A DNA stretch of 64,000 bases from assembly GCA_973895155.1 (NCBI GenBank), contig OZ316893.1, forward strand, positions 7,960,963 through 8,024,962, written 5' to 3'. This document shows, piece after piece, positions 50,445 to 64,000 of this stretch. This stretch comes from Marsupella aquatica. Its lineage: Eukaryota; Plantae; Marchantiophyta. Made by a program: the position numbers and the translations under genes. Each line of letters opens with the position of its first letter. Within the stretch, counting starts at the first letter, position 1. The notes beneath the pieces were generated by a model. The model saw nothing but the letters and a program-made list of their open reading frames with translations. It had not been told where the DNA came from and made no database searches.

Positions 50445-52702
50445 ATGGATACTCGAGGCTTGTTCGAGGTGTGGACGTGGATGGCATCGCTGGGATTTCT
50501 GGCGATGCTGCAGCAATTCATTCCACGGGAGTACACGGACACCCTGAGGCGCAACGTCAAGTTGTGGTTCCAACGGCTGACGCCCTACATTTTTTGTGAC
50601 ATCCCGGAATTCGAGAACTCCGTGTCCAACTCGCTGTACCAGGACGTGGAGGCGTACATCAGTTCCCTGAGAGTGGACGGAGCTCAGCGGCTGAGCCTCT
50701 GCAAAACTCGGAATTCCAAATCCATGACCTTCGCCCTTTGCAACGACCAGCGCACTTTTGACACGTTCGGGGAGGCCAAGCTCGAATGGGTGCACAAAGT
50801 GTATGACCGCAGCCGGCCCACTTGGAACAACGATTGGGAGTGTCAGAGCGACGAGAAGAGGGCATACACGCTACAGATAAAAAAGAAGGACAAAGAGGCG
50901 GTGCTGGATAAATACATAGCGCATATAGAAGCCAAGGCTTTGGAATTGAAGCTTGCGGCTCGTGACTTGCTGCTGTTCACGAACACCAAATCCCGGGACG
51001 GGTATTTCAACCGGCGGAGGTCAGGCCCTTGGCAATCTGTGGTCTTCAAGCACCCGGCCAATTTCGATACTCTTGCATTGGATGGGGACCTCAAGTTTCG
51101 CGTCATTGCCGATCTCGACAGCTTCTGTGCCAACGAGAATTACTACAAACGGATTGGCAGGGCCTGGAAGAGGGGCTATCTCCTTCACGGCCCACCTGGC
51201 ACAGGGTATGTGCCCCTTGTCCCGTTTACTTTTGTTGCAACTCAATTCGTCATTTAAAGTCGACTGTAATGAGAACTTATCAGAACAGGAGGCAAGTGAC
51301 AAATAGTCCTAGAGGATTCAGGATTCTTTGGAATACAGTTGAAGAATAAGCAATGATGAACAAGAGAAGCGATTGTATAAATTTGGTTTTCCACCGATGG
51401 TTTACGGTCGCTTTGTATAGAGTGCCTTTCCAATTCATCCACGTGCTTCTTCACTCTGATAGAACCAGATGAAATTGAAGTCTTGGGTTTATCCATTGAC
51501 ATCCTTGAAAATAGTTGAAAATAGTGAATAGTTACCATTTCACAACGGATGCCAACAGATTACACGGATGCTGGAGCTTTATGAAAATTCGTTGTTCGTG
51601 CAGGAAATCGAGCATGATCGCAGCCATTGCTAACAAGATGAGATACGATGTATACGACCTGGAGCTGACGGAGGTGTACTCCAACTCGGACCTGCGCAAG
51701 CTTCTCCTGAGCACGTCCAACAAGGCTATCATTGTCATCGAGGACATTGACTGCTCGTTGGATCTGTCCGGACAGCGCAAAAAGAAAAAGGGAGCAGAAG
51801 CTGCAGCCACAACTGCTACGACCAGCGGAACAGCTGGAGCAGCAGGACCACCCGGAAAACTCAATGAGGAGAATGAGCAGACTAAGGTGACCCTTTCTGG
51901 GCTTCTCAATTTCGTGGACGGGCTTTGGTCATGCAGTGGACAGGAGCGGATCTTCATCTTCACCACGAACCACGTGGAAAAGTTGGACCCTGCTCTGCTG
52001 AGAGCTGGCCGCATGGACATGCACATCCACCTCAGCTACTGCACTTTCTCGGCTTTCAAACAACTGGCCAAGAACTACCTTCAGATTAGTGAGCACGAGC
52101 TCTACCCAAAGCTGGAGGCTGCCTTCGAGGGCACTTATATGACCCCAGCTGCTATGAGCGAACTGTTTATATTGAATCACTCTGAGGATGTCGATTTGGT
52201 CTTAGAGAAAGTGGCAGTAGCTTTAGATGAATATAGGGTGGATCCTGCCACTATCAAAAAGCCAGAAGAAGATGAGGGGGACTCTACCACTACTCCTGCT
52301 GCTGCTGCGGATTCATCTGCTACTGATGGGAAGCCCAAATCGGAGGACCAGAAAGATGCTAAGGATAGCCCACCGACTCCTGACGTTCCAGAGGATAAGC
52401 TGCACGTAGTAGAAACAACGGCACCACAACCACAAGTAGATTTAGCAGCAGCTGAGAAGGTTGAGCCGATGGAGCAACAGAAAATCGAAGGTAGTGAGAC
52501 TGATTCGCTAAAGAAGGATCTTCTTCTGGCCGACGATCTACAGTCCACTGAACCTCAATCTGATAAGGACCTTGGCGAGCAAGCGAAAGAGATTCCAGAA
52601 GCAACAAAACCTGTTTTGGTTACAAGCAAAGAAGTTCTGCCACAAACGCAGAGTGTTGACAAGACCTCTGTAGTCAAGGAGACGGACTCAGTTGTAGTAT
52701 GA
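50445..52702 (+). CDS. Plant BCS1-like AAA-ATPase, exons 50445-51205 and 51604-52702
   Basis: AAA-associated N-domain, FKHPANFDTLALD, AWKRGYLLHGPPGTG|KSS (Walker A split by the intron), IIVIEDID, VTLSGLLNFVDGLWS and TTNHVEKLDPALLRAGRMD. Long acidic low-complexity tail. Confidence 0.95.
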
Positions 52703-54757
52703 GGAATCGTCTGCGGATTAGAACAGGATCAAAAATTGAATTTTTAAAGAATTAAAGCACACCAACCTGCCAGACTGTAGACTAAAATAGGATTAAGGAT
52801 TGTCATATTTGGAAATTAGAGCAGGCAGATGATTCGTGATGAATATAGTATCCAAATTTTCAGTCCCAGAAAGGAGTTTAACACTTCACTCACCAGGAGG
52901 GTACAGGATGGGTAACATCCAGAATTTTGCTCCCAGGAGGAGAAAACTCGCCATGAAAGTCAAGTTTCATTACGAATCGGCTTCATTAGGGGATGTTGAC
53001 ATGACTTGATGCACATCAATAAATTGTAGTAAACTTGTATGATATTTAGTGCCACGTCCCACTCTATTTGAAATGATACTTGCAGACTCCGAAAATCCAT
53101 TATCTTCTGGTTGTCAAAGATGAATAGATGCTGAACAAAAGGTAGTGGACATGATGGCGATAAAAATGTGGATTGTTTGTGCGGACGAACAATTCCATCA
53201 ACAAATTTAACTATTAGTTGGGAGCAGAAATGAGAACAGAGATGGTATGAATGGAAATTTAGGGGTCAGTTGGCTCGTTTCTTCGTTCGCAAGTTTCAGC
53301 TTCTAACCCTCTCTGCACAAAGAGGAGTCCGCCAATTGCGCAGCAAGACTTCATTTTGTCTACACTGTGGACTGTAAAGCCAAGCATTTTTTATAAAAAC
53401 TGGTAAAGAGCATTGCAATGATTTGCGGATCGCGGAAGCAAATACGTTGAATTACAGTGAAGGTACTTCAGTGTCTTGTAATTCATAACCAATTCTCAAC
53501 AGTCGGAGACTTCTTTGGTAGGATGGGTTGCAAAGCCAATCCCATGACCATGGGTAGAGGCAACTACAATTGAATTCCTTAAAGTGATTCCTTTCTGCCT
53601 GACTCACCTTACAAAGCTTTGGTTGAAGGTGACCTACAGTCGAGAATGTTAAACAGAATGCTCCCGTGTGCCACACTTTGATGGTCCATTGGAAATTGGA
53701 GCCTATAACCTCTTTTTTTTTTTTAATTTTAATTTTTTTTAAATTGGAGCCTATAACTTTACCATTATGAATACTAATTTTTATTTTAGTTTTGCACCTG
53801 CAAGACAACTAGAGAATGAAGAGACATTAGAAAACACAAGCCCAAATAGCTCATATTAACACAATAAAAAGTAGTTCAATGGAATATATCACTCCACATT
53901 TTATGATGAAAAATTCAACCTAAATGGCCCAGAATTTACTCTCACTTTAGTGTAGCTTATCACTCCTCTAGCATATTCCCAAAGCTTACAAATTTGAGTA
54001 TATGAATATCAGGTTTAAACTCAAATTTTGGGAAATGTGGTCCAGGTTTTCGAAGACCACACTTGTGGGTCCATGGGGGCTCCAAATTCTGGGGATGGCA
54101 CTATATTCCTGTTCCCAATAAACGAGATAAATTTGGAATGGGATGGAGCATCAGAGTCCATAGAGAGAAGTTCATCACGCTGACATACTAAAAAAGAACA
54201 ATGATGTCCAAATCGATGTGTTTCTGTAGTGGCATCCCCAAACCCTAATTATTTCACTTTAAGATATACCTTCAAGGACAGAATATTAAAATCTAAGCCC
54301 TTATGACCCCTTGTGTTTGTCAAAACTCTCAGAGAGCCTTTGGCACTGGGATGGACCTCAATGAAACTGACATATTGCACAAATGAGCGAAACATGAGAA
54401 CAAAACTAGAGTTTGGCCCAAAGTATTAATAATTTATATTTATCGGGCCAACTTAAATGCCACTACAGTTTAGTCCCCCCTTCACTTCTCATTTTCCTAA
54501 TTGCCGGTAGCCCATAGGGTGCAATGAGTATTTCTCGTAGAATAAGCGGCGATTCTGGTCCCCATTGATAGCCGAGAAGAACAGCGTTTGTTTAATATCC
54601 AACTTACAATTCAAGACAGCCCCTTCTGGTCAAGAGTGGGCTCGCAGACCAGCTGAACGGCAGGCTCAGAAAACTAAACCCATAAGTGAAGAGCTCAGGT
54701 TCGTTTGCAAGGGTTCTGGGAGGGAATTCAAATACCATCCGACTTTCTCACTATGGC

Positions 54758-54951
54758 ATACCTTTCTCGGCCTTTTGGCTAAGATCAAGTGTAGTATCTG
54801 TTCTTATCAGTTTAATATCTGATACGAGGGTCATCGACCCTCACGATATTAATCTATTTTCTTTTGGGTGTGAGCCCAACGAAGTAGCTTGCTGCTTCGG
54901 GCTCGCCTGTGTCGCCTTGGTATTGCACTACCTCCATGGCTGGCGCAACCC
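54758..54951 (+). ncRNA. U2: U2 spliceosomal snRNA
   Basis: ATACCTTTCTCGGCCTTTTGGCTAAGATCAAGTGTAGTATCTGTTCTTATCAGTTTAATATCTG 5' end, branch-point recognition sequence GTAGTA and stem-loop IV loop ATTGCACT. 3' end approximate. Confidence 0.95.
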
Positions 54952-55094
54952 TTCCCCTCACAGGGAAACCAAACAATCAAAACAGGAAGAAACCAAAATA
55001 CAATTGCAAAACAATCCAGACAGGAAGAAATGAACCCAAGCACCCCAAACAGGAAGAATTCTGAGAATTCGTTCACCAATAGACAATGCAATTG

Positions 55095-56050
55095 TCAAAA
55101 TATCATACGCTTACAATGCCGTCGGGTAGATTGGGATTGCAGGCCTTCCAATTTCGCAACTTGAGAGAGGATTGTGTGTCGAATGAAGGGACGATCCAAA
55201 GAGAAAGAAGCCTTCTTCTCGGTGACAATCCATTAATCGACATTGAACATGTAAAGAATATATCATAAGCTTACAATGACGTCAGGTAGATTGGGATTGC
55301 AGGCCTTCCAATTTCGCAACTTGAGAGAAGATTGAGTGTCTAGTGAAGGGACGATCCGACGAGGAAGATGAATTCCTCTCGGTGACAATCCATTAATCGA
55401 CATTGAATATGTGAACAATTTATCATACGCTTACAATGACGTCTGGTAGATTAGGATTGCAGGCTTTCTAATAAGATTGAGCGTCTTGTGGAGGAACGAT
55501 CAATTCCCACATCTAGACCCGCATCGAGATTAATTTCGCAGAATGTTATCCGCTTACAATTACGTGGGTGTAGAGGCTTAAGCGTTCCGCAATTTGATAG
55601 ATAAGATTGAGGATCTCGTGAAGGAGCGATGTATTCCCAAATCCACTTTCATTACGCAGAATGATAGCCGCTTACAATGACGTCGGTGTAGATTGGGATT
55701 ACAGGCTTTACCATTCCGCAATTTGAGAGACGAGATTGAGCGTCTGGTGAATCAATTTCCAAATTTACACATATCGCGCAGAATGTTAGCCGCTTACAAC
55801 GACGTTGGTTTAGATTGGGACTACAGGCGAAACAATTCTGCAATTGGAGAGAAAAGATTTGAGCGGCTTAAGGAAAGATCGATCGATGATTGGCTCACAA
55901 CCGTGCTTCGGGGCGTCTCGAAGGAATTACATCAGTCCATCTGTAGACAACGAATATTTGTCACTCACAAAGTGTACATGACTTCCATCTAGAAAGTTTT
56001 GGAACGTCATAATCTGTGGTTGGGGAGGCCCGATTGAGCGTCTTCTGCAT
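55095..56050. repeat. Degenerate tandem array (160-bp then ~120-bp units) downstream of U2
   Basis: GCTTACAA...TAGATTGGGA...GATTGAGCGTCT core recurs at ~55109, 55269, 55429, 55552, 55670 and 55791. Confidence 0.8.
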
Positions 56051-56735
56051 GACCGATCGATGAAAGGCTCACAAACGTCTTCAAAACATCTCGAAAATTG
56101 TGCTTCGTGGTTCTTCATCCCTAGAAACTTCGTCACTCACAGAGACAAGCAAGCGTAATTAACCAACAAGTAGAAAACTTTGAAAAGTCACGTCACCCTT
56201 CCGCTACTTGAAAGATAAAATTGAGCGTCTTGCGCGGATAGCAGAATTGGTCCCCCCAATGTTCCGAAGTTTTTAGACATCTGGAATGGAGTGGACCAAA
56301 AGGGGAACCATGGAACATCACGAGGATTGATGTCAATTGAGGGGAAGTTCAAGCGTGAGCTTGTATTTAATACAATTTAAATGATCATCAGAGACAAACT
56401 GCACATTATGCATAGATGATCTGATTCTGAGGAGTGGGGTTATCGAAGGCTTCAGGCCCCACAAAATTAAGAACTATCCTATTCAGTAAGATGTAGAACG
56501 ATACAAGCTCAATCAATTAGTCATAATCTCCACTTTCCGGAATCCGAAACTCTTCGTCCCAACTAATTACAAAACAGGGAAAAGATTGGCGGATTCTATC
56601 AGGTACTGTATGAAATATGGTGCTCCATACTTAATATAGCACTTTCAAGATTCTGTAGTTTGGGTATTTTATCATGCATCTAAATTGGGACAATACGATA
56701 CATATGTAACACCAGAGTCGTCAGGATGAAGACAG

Positions 56736-59700
56736 TCAACATTCTCCTTGCTCAGGTCCGACAGACTGGCCGGAACGTTGCAACTTCTTGTATGTGTAGG
56801 CATGAGCAAAGGCTATAAAGATCAGCAGGTCAACACTCACAATCGATGCAAGCAAATAGTAATATTTCGCCAAGCCCCCTTTGTTGAAATCATCTGCCAA
56901 CCAGCCACCCGAGCTGGCGCTAATGCTGTTCACACCATTCACCAGAGCAGTGGACACAAAATAGCTGCACAACGCCACACCAGGAGGTCACACAATGACA
57001 TTGCAGTGCGGACCATTATTAACTGAGCCTAGACGTGTACCATGCTTATTCTGAGGAACTCTAACAGTGATTCCGGGAGATCATCTCAGCTGACAGCTTA
57101 AGACTGCTCCCTACCATAGTCAATGCATCAAGTTGCTCAAAGACATCAGAACTTGAGGACAATGGTCTAATTTAGTAGGTAAAAGTTATCTTGGGAGCGA
57201 AGTCTTGGGACTGGAGATACTGGAAAGTTGACATGGCCATGTTTGATGGACATTGTATTTGTGACACTCATTCATGGATGGATGCTCCGATTTTATTGTA
57301 AAGCGGGTAAAAATCCCAATAGGTACCATAAGTAATACAACACGAGAAGCTCAATCTCTGTGCTTACCCAACCGCGATGGTGGTAAATGTTAGCGAGACG
57401 GCCAAACTCCGCATGTTGTCTGGAGTCTCCCGGTAGAAGAAGTGTAGCAGAGCCACACCCAAAAGAATTTCCACAAAACCCAAAAGAACAAACTGCAGCA
57501 CGGATCAAAATTTTCAAGCAGCCCTGTTAACCTCCGATCTCATCATCGTCATCATCATCATCAACATCACTAGAACTCCCCTTCAGTAATCCTACAGTAG
57601 CTCTAATCCTAAGAATCTCAAGATTCAGACTTCCTCATAGATTAGTGCAGCACTGGTCTGAGCTTCATACCTGAGGAATCAACCACAAAACTGACATTGG
57701 AACCTTAACTGCGGCTTCATGTAGAGGGACGTTATACTCCTCGATAATTCGGACCCTCCTGTTCTCCACTTGTGCACCAATAACCATTGCGAAGATGGCC
57801 AGAAAGAGAGCAAGCCCAATCTTTCGCAAAGGTGAGAGCCCTTCCGGATGACCTGTGGAACACGAAAACATCGTGCAGTCTGAGCTACTCTCCTTCACGT
57901 TTTTTGTGCTGTGGAGCTAGAATGTACTTATTGTAACGGTCAATCGACAAATTAGTTAGTGTGATCGCGGAAACTCAAAATAGCCCATAACCTGTAATCT
58001 TGCGTAGAGGCTGGAGGAGAAATTTGTCGTAGATAAAAACAAACGCCAGGCCTCCTAGCATGAGAGAGACTACAGCATTGCCGGGGGCGAGGGTGATGGA
58101 ACCAAAGGTCCGGTCCAAGGTGGCTGCTTGTTGAACTCCCACCCCCATCACCTGTGCATAGAGAGTGAAGACTAGGATAATACATATCCAGAATGGAATG
58201 ATCTGAATCACGGATTTTACGTCTTCCACTTGTGTTACTGTGCACAATTCCCATGTGCTCGGCTGAATGGTCGCTTCTGTGACTATTGCAGCCTTGTCCA
58301 AGCATCTGCAAGCAGAACAGAGATTGCCAACAACCGTCCACCATTTAGGATTCATTCAGTTCATCTGTGATTTGGGGCTACTTCACCAACCTGAAAAGAG
58401 ACCTGAACAGACTGAGGTGCGGTCCATCCATAGATGATGAAGCTCGAGGGTTTCCATGACATTTAGGCTTGCTAACTTAGCTGAATTAACAGGAGGAGAC
58501 TTTGGATGACCGAAATTTCATGGATAGACATTGAGGGTCCTGTAAACTACCGCTGAATTGAACCCCGAGAAGAGAAGTAAGACCTCTTTTTCTCTTTATT
58601 CCTTTCTTCCTCGTTTACTTCCTTTCAGCTACAGATTTTGAGCACCTTGGACACCCTTGAACCCTTCCGGATTTCTCAATGTCAAATTCAGTAGTCAGGA
58701 TTCACAAAGTCGCCTCCTTACATGGCTGTCGTTCCACGAAGACATACAGAATTTCACGGGCGTAGCTCGCAGATGGTGCAACCTACCTCAACTTTGGAGT
58801 GTGGACTACTTTGCGGATACCTTCGCGGTCGGCCTTCTCGTCATCAATTTCGTACAATTCGTTTGAATTTGCAGGCAGCTTCTTCTTGAAATTCTTAATT
58901 GCAGCAACGAGCACTTGAGCAGCTTCCTTCAGCGCACTACCAGTCGGGTTCCTATGTCTGTTTACGAGAGTCATCCGAAACCAATTACCTGGTGGGGTCA
59001 ATCCGACAATTTCAAAACATGAAAGCCAGCAAAGCTGTACTTCCAGTCTAGACCACATCGTAAAGAAAGTAGAACCACCACAAAGTCGTCTCTGTAAATT
59101 TCCTAACCACTGGTGTAAATTTCCTAACCAGTACCCCAGCATCAAGTTGTTCACGAGTTACAAGGTTGAGTTAATTTGAGAATTTCTTCGAATGAGAATG
59201 TCTTTTAAATGAGCTGCATCTGTACATAATCCTGAATTGCGTCGCTGAGAGATGAAATTGTCTGGAGACTGAGATCCTTGAGAAGAGAATTCGTCCAGTC
59301 GGGCTAAGCTAACAGTTTTTAAAGAATAAGCTGCAGCTACATATACTGACCTGATATTCAGTACAGTAGGACCACAAAGACGTGATGGTGAACTTCCTTA
59401 CAGAAGTAAGCTGTGTTGATGAGAGAATTTACCTGAAATATGGGGTACCAAGGAAGAAAATGGAGATTCCACAGAAGTAAATAACAGCAATGGTGCCATA
59501 ACCCCAAAGAAGAGAAACACTGGATTGGATGTAGAACAGCGCGGTGACACAGAAGATGCTGTACAAGTTGAGGAAAACGTAGTATCTAGTGAAGAAATTG
59601 GCTCCCTGCTGCTTCTCCTGGGGGTCAGAGTCGTCAAACTGGTCCCGCCCCATGGAAAGCATGCACGGCTTCAATCCTGCTGACCCCACCGAGAGGAGGA

Positions 59701-61082
59701 CGAGGGATGCATAGAACCAGCTCAACACCCACGGGCTCGCCTTTGGGCACACCGGATTCTCTTTGGTTGTTGTGCAGCTAGGAGGTTGTAGGGACGGGAG
59801 TGATGTCGAAAGAGTTAGAAGCACCAAGCCCTGTAGCAATGCAAAGATTCCAAAATGGGGTCATCAACCCGAACAGAATCGTCTAAAGAGTTTCGCTTTA
59901 GAGTCGTCTATTAACTTCGTGAGCTTTCGTCTATGCTTGTCAGGTGACCGGATTGATCTCTAGGAATTGCAGTGGTCAGAGAAGAGGGGAACTTCTTTGC
60001 CTCTAACTCATCAAGGATCTATTGATTAGCTGAGGTTCTTCGGTTCAACGATGCAACGAGTTATCCGCATCGCCCCATTGCAGGTGTAATAAGGGGCCCT
60101 AGCATTGCTAGTGCCTAAATGACCTTCAGAGACTGATATTGCCTAGGTAAGGATGCCTCCAAAGCTGTACATTCAACTGCAGTACATCTCAATTCCACTT
60201 CCAGCAGAAAAGTTGTCCACTATGTACGGTTGTATCTTCCAGCTAAATCTTTCTCCACAACTAATCAAAGTTTGCGCAAATCAAACAGAATTCCAGGTCT
60301 GGTTCCTTTGTCAGCTATGCGCCACACCAATGAATTGGTCATAATTAGGCACTTGATCACCGCACAGTCCATTGCTAAGGAACTTATGCTACCACGTCCA
60401 TTTCGTTGAGAAAGGGACCGTGCAAACAGTTTTCCAAAAGTATCCTCAAGAAATTGCCTTGAACTCTAGACCGAGACGGTGGAGTACCGTAATGTGAAGT
60501 TCGGAACGTTTAAAGAGTTGCAGTCTTATTCATGTGGCAAGCTCACACTTGAAAAAACGTAGAGTACTACTGCACGAGCGGACTTACCGAGAGAGTCAAT
60601 GTGGAGGCGACGGCGATAATCCAGAAGCGGCGAAAGTATGAATCAGCTAGAAAGCCCCAGATGATAGGAAGAAGATAGGTGAATCCCATAAAATTTGTCA
60701 CCGTGTTAGCCGACTCCGCCAAGCTCATATGCAATGTCCCAAATGCGTACGGCGCCAAGTTGCCAGCAATACCGAGAATTGAGACCGTATCGGCGAAGAT
60801 CAAGACTGCAAAAGTGGAATCTATCAGAAATTTTTGCAATGCTAAGGGGCAGACACATCATAGTTTCATAGAACTCCGAACTGCTCCTTGCTGTCCAAAA
60901 ATGAAGGTAAGACGAGACACAGCTTGACATGAATTGACGAAGTATTTACCATAAATGAAAGGAGCTGCCTTCCACACTCCTGTTCGTGTCCGGTCAACAG
61001 GCTCGCCTGCCAGATTAACCGACCCATCTCCTACATAGTGCGTAATCAGGGCTTGCTTCCTTCCGTTGGTATCTACTGCATC
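56736..61082 (-). CDS. NPF (NRT1/PTR) family transporter, at least 8 exons; start codon not resolved
   Basis: GDGSVNLAGEP..RTGVWKAAPFI, SANTVTNFMG..LLPIIWGFLADSY, GLKPC..MGRDQFD, CLDKAA, WELCTVTQVEDVK, PMSVLWLIPQ, FFYRETPDNMRSL and YYYLLA. Confidence 0.93.
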
Positions 61083-63134
61083 CTGCAATCATTGAAGCTC
61101 AATTCCCAGCTAGAATAAATATGCGTTAAACAAACCGTCCATCTAAAACTGAATCAGCTTTTAGATTTTCTGAAGTAGGATCTGCAAACAGAAAGATACC
61201 ATCTAGGGTGCCAACATGCCATGAGCAAAACCCAGACAATTCTGTGGTTGAAATTGCGATGGCATTGTGGGTTCCAATGTGCCTCGCACTATGCGCACAA
61301 GGTAAATGCGAACCAACTCTGGCCACCACCGCTACCTCGCTTGAGAGAAGCGAGAATTAATGTAGAGGGCCCTAAGCTTGACACATAGGTTCACTCACTC
61401 TAAGCAATACCGTGGAGAAGTGCCCCCGTTGCCTACCCTTCCCCCGCCAGGTCTGACACCACCCCCCCCCCCCCAGCCAGTTCCCCGGAGTGACCTTAGA
61501 CAATCCCCCAAGTCCTCCATTGCCGCGGGGCGGAAATACAGACGAAGCGGATTTTATCGTCTTACAGACCGTCAAGTACTTCGGTACACTGTGTGTTGCA
61601 TTGCTTTCTAAAATCTATTGTAGAAGTAGCTGGCTTTGGATGAGTCGAGGATTATTGCAAGGAAATTGTTGAACTGCAGTTTGTCCGGTCTTTGTTCAAA
61701 GGTGTTCTATATGATCCAAACGAGAGCTGGATTTTATGTCCTCGAGTGAGCTCCATTTCCATTCCAACCTGCAGTTAGATCTTCAACTGTGCTCATGATT
61801 CCTAATTGAAATACCTTTGCTGGCTCCAAAGCTGAACTCACAAGCGCTTGGGATTGTCTCAAGCTCATGAGCGTGTGCAAAACTGACGGCTGATCGCCAG
61901 CGGGAGTTGGCCATGCTGCGATCCTCCCCTTAGATAGGTTCCATTCATCCGGAATCATCCGGAAGTATGATCAATCGCGCAATCTAGCTACTTTACCGAG
62001 CGACCCAGCTGAAGAAGGAATTGACCACAAGATCCGAGGCTCATTCATCCTTCAAGCTACAGATAAGAATTATTCTTGAGGACTTGAAATCCCCTCAGCG
62101 CGAAATTAAATGCCCCTCAATCAACTCTGCCCACCACTGCTTGAAACAAATCGAATCCTTCTAGGCGTACAACAAATGCCCATTCTATGGTAGCGTCGGT
62201 GTCCTGGTGGCAGAGTACCACGGTACAGTCCCCGGTGGTCAAAGCTGCTGTGACTACTAGAACGTCTCCGTCGTGAATCTGTCGTGACCAAACCTTGACA
62301 ACTATGCTAAACACTAGACTTCCAGTGAAAAAAGTTTTGCGGAACTGACCATATTGAGATAAAGTGATAACCCCTTGCGCTGCAGATTTCGACCAAGAGT
62401 GGAGGGCCAAAATCGAATTGTCCTCACAGGTACTCCGCTTGCTTTCCGGGAACCTCCGAATCTTCTCTATGGGCAGCAGCCTCTGTCTACCCTCCGAATC
62501 TGTGAGCTTCAACAATACCAGAACCTATGTGAAACCACACTCTTCTTCTTCGAGTTCAAGTAGTGGTCCGGGATCGGATCGGCAGTGTACTCGACCTGCA
62601 GTATCAAAATCAATGCATTCCAATCCACCTCGTCAGCAGATCGGGATTCATCAGCAATGCTCTTTCCGGTCCTCCTCCAGTCCTCCAACATCACCATCAT
62701 CTGCTTTAGTGCTGGGCGTTCCAATCCGCTTTCAGTCCTCGATGATCACCATCATCATCGTCGTCATCATCCTCGAATCTCTGCTGGTGGTCTTTCACAG
62801 TGCGGTATCATGTTTTCCAACCCACCTCCATCACCATCGTCGTCATCGTCATCGTCATTCTGCTGCTCGAAGGGTACTGTATTGTAACTTTATCACGAGA
62901 AGGAGCAGAATGCTCGTGCATATTAGATATCCTGATAGATCCTCTTCTCTTTCCTTTTTTTCACTTTTTAGATTTGTTTTTGGGAGTCTTCATTTTTTGC
63001 AGAAGCTGAGGAGAAATTTTATAACGCCCAGATCCCAATCTGCATTGTGCATTGTTCCCCATTGAAGCACCAAACGTTATAAAGAGGAAATGCCTTTAGG
63101 GCTTAGATCATAATGATTGATCCTCTCCGTTTTT

Positions 63135-63300
63135 TTCCCTTTTTTTCCTCTTTCTTATTTTGTTTGCATGGATAGAGGGCTTTTAGTAAACATATATCAC
63201 TACCATGAGATATATGCCCTTCCCTTTTTTTCCTCTTTCTTATTTTGTTTGCATGGATAGAGGGCTTTTAGTAAACATTGATATCACTACCATGAGATAC
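63135..63300. repeat. ~86-bp tandem duplication
   Basis: TTCCTCTTTCTTATTTTGTTTGCATGGATAGAGGGCTTTTAGTAAACAT...ATATCACTACCATGAGATA occurs twice. Confidence 0.85.
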
Positions 63301-63702
63301 ATGCTTGATGGGCCCTGTGAAACTTTCTTATCCAATAGGCCCTTACAAAACTTGTTTTATCTACTAGGACTCCTTTTAATGACCTGTACAACCTGTTCTT
63401 GTGTGGTCCCTACTGTGTACATGTACAGTCAATCACAATCATTGCCTTGTAGTGCACTGGGCTCCCAAGCCCAGTCCAATAACATGAAATAGAAATCAAC
63501 ACACATAGTATATATTAATCCATAAAGGCAATTCAAATAATATGGATGATAACTCTCCATAGAAGGCATTTTTCGCGTCTCCAAGGGTGCAGTCAAATTG
63601 ATGTAGTAACTCATACCATTCGGGTACAGCAAAACAACATGGGAAAAATAACATAAAACCATATAATGAAACCTAACTTGAACCTTCTTCAGAACTCTTC
63701 CC

Positions 63703-64000
63703 TGTTAAGGATTGCTCTTAGTCTTGTGACTCAAAGGTTACGGCACTTAGGCTAACCACAGTTAGGGTCTTAGCTGAGGTTAGGTTAGTCGTGTGTGACC
63801 TTGTATATGGGCTAGTGTAAGCCGCTGGTGAGTGGTGCTTGCTCATTTTGTAACGGAGCAACTTGAGGAAGAGGGAGAGCATGTGTGTTCGTTTACTCTT
63901 GAAGTAAAGCTTGAGTGTTCGTGTGGACGTAGCCTTGGAGAAGAGGTGAACCACGTAGAGATTGTGTCGACTACGTGTGCATGGAATAAGTCATGGTTGT
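63703..64000 (+). mobile_element. LTR of the same family as 30169-30513 (runs off window)
   Basis: Starts TGTTAAGGATTGCTCTTAG. Shares GGTTAGGTTAGTC, GAAGTAAAGCT and GAGGTGAACCACGTA...TTGTGTCGACT blocks with the solo LTR. Confidence 0.75.

Noticed and set aside
54565-55164. ORFs overlapping U2
   Set aside because: Spurious; the region is explained by the snRNA.

Overview
Eukaryotic, intron-rich land-plant genomic DNA; a bryophyte such as a liverwort is plausible, but that is inference only. About half the window is nested DNA transposons. At 1-19730, CACTA element A (right end 7284) is inserted into the SET-like gene of a related, oppositely oriented CACTA element B (end 12952). B in turn sits in the Myb/trihelix gene of an old PIF/Harbinger element, which also contains a complete younger Harbinger (13943-19692, TAA TSD). 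A 13-kb Mutator-like element (35421-48574) carries tandem arrays, a long low-complexity multi-exon gene and an RNase H1 hybrid-binding-domain ORF. Host genes are FEN1 (20323-25267 +), a BCS1-like AAA-ATPase (50445-52702 +), U2 snRNA (54758-54951 +) and an NPF/NRT1-PTR transporter (56736-61082 -). Two observations stand out. (1) Both CACTA elements carry a gene joining a transposase-associated-type Cys/His exon to a SET-like region; in A it is a complete SET domain and intact although the transposase is broken, and the same first exon can also splice in frame to the transposase. (2) A ~296-bp MITE with 8-bp TSDs sits twice in sense orientation inside coding exons and contains an internal GT-AG intron whose removal leaves exactly 78 nt, preserving the host reading frame. 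All calls come from reading the sequence by eye; no searches were run, so novelty is unverified.
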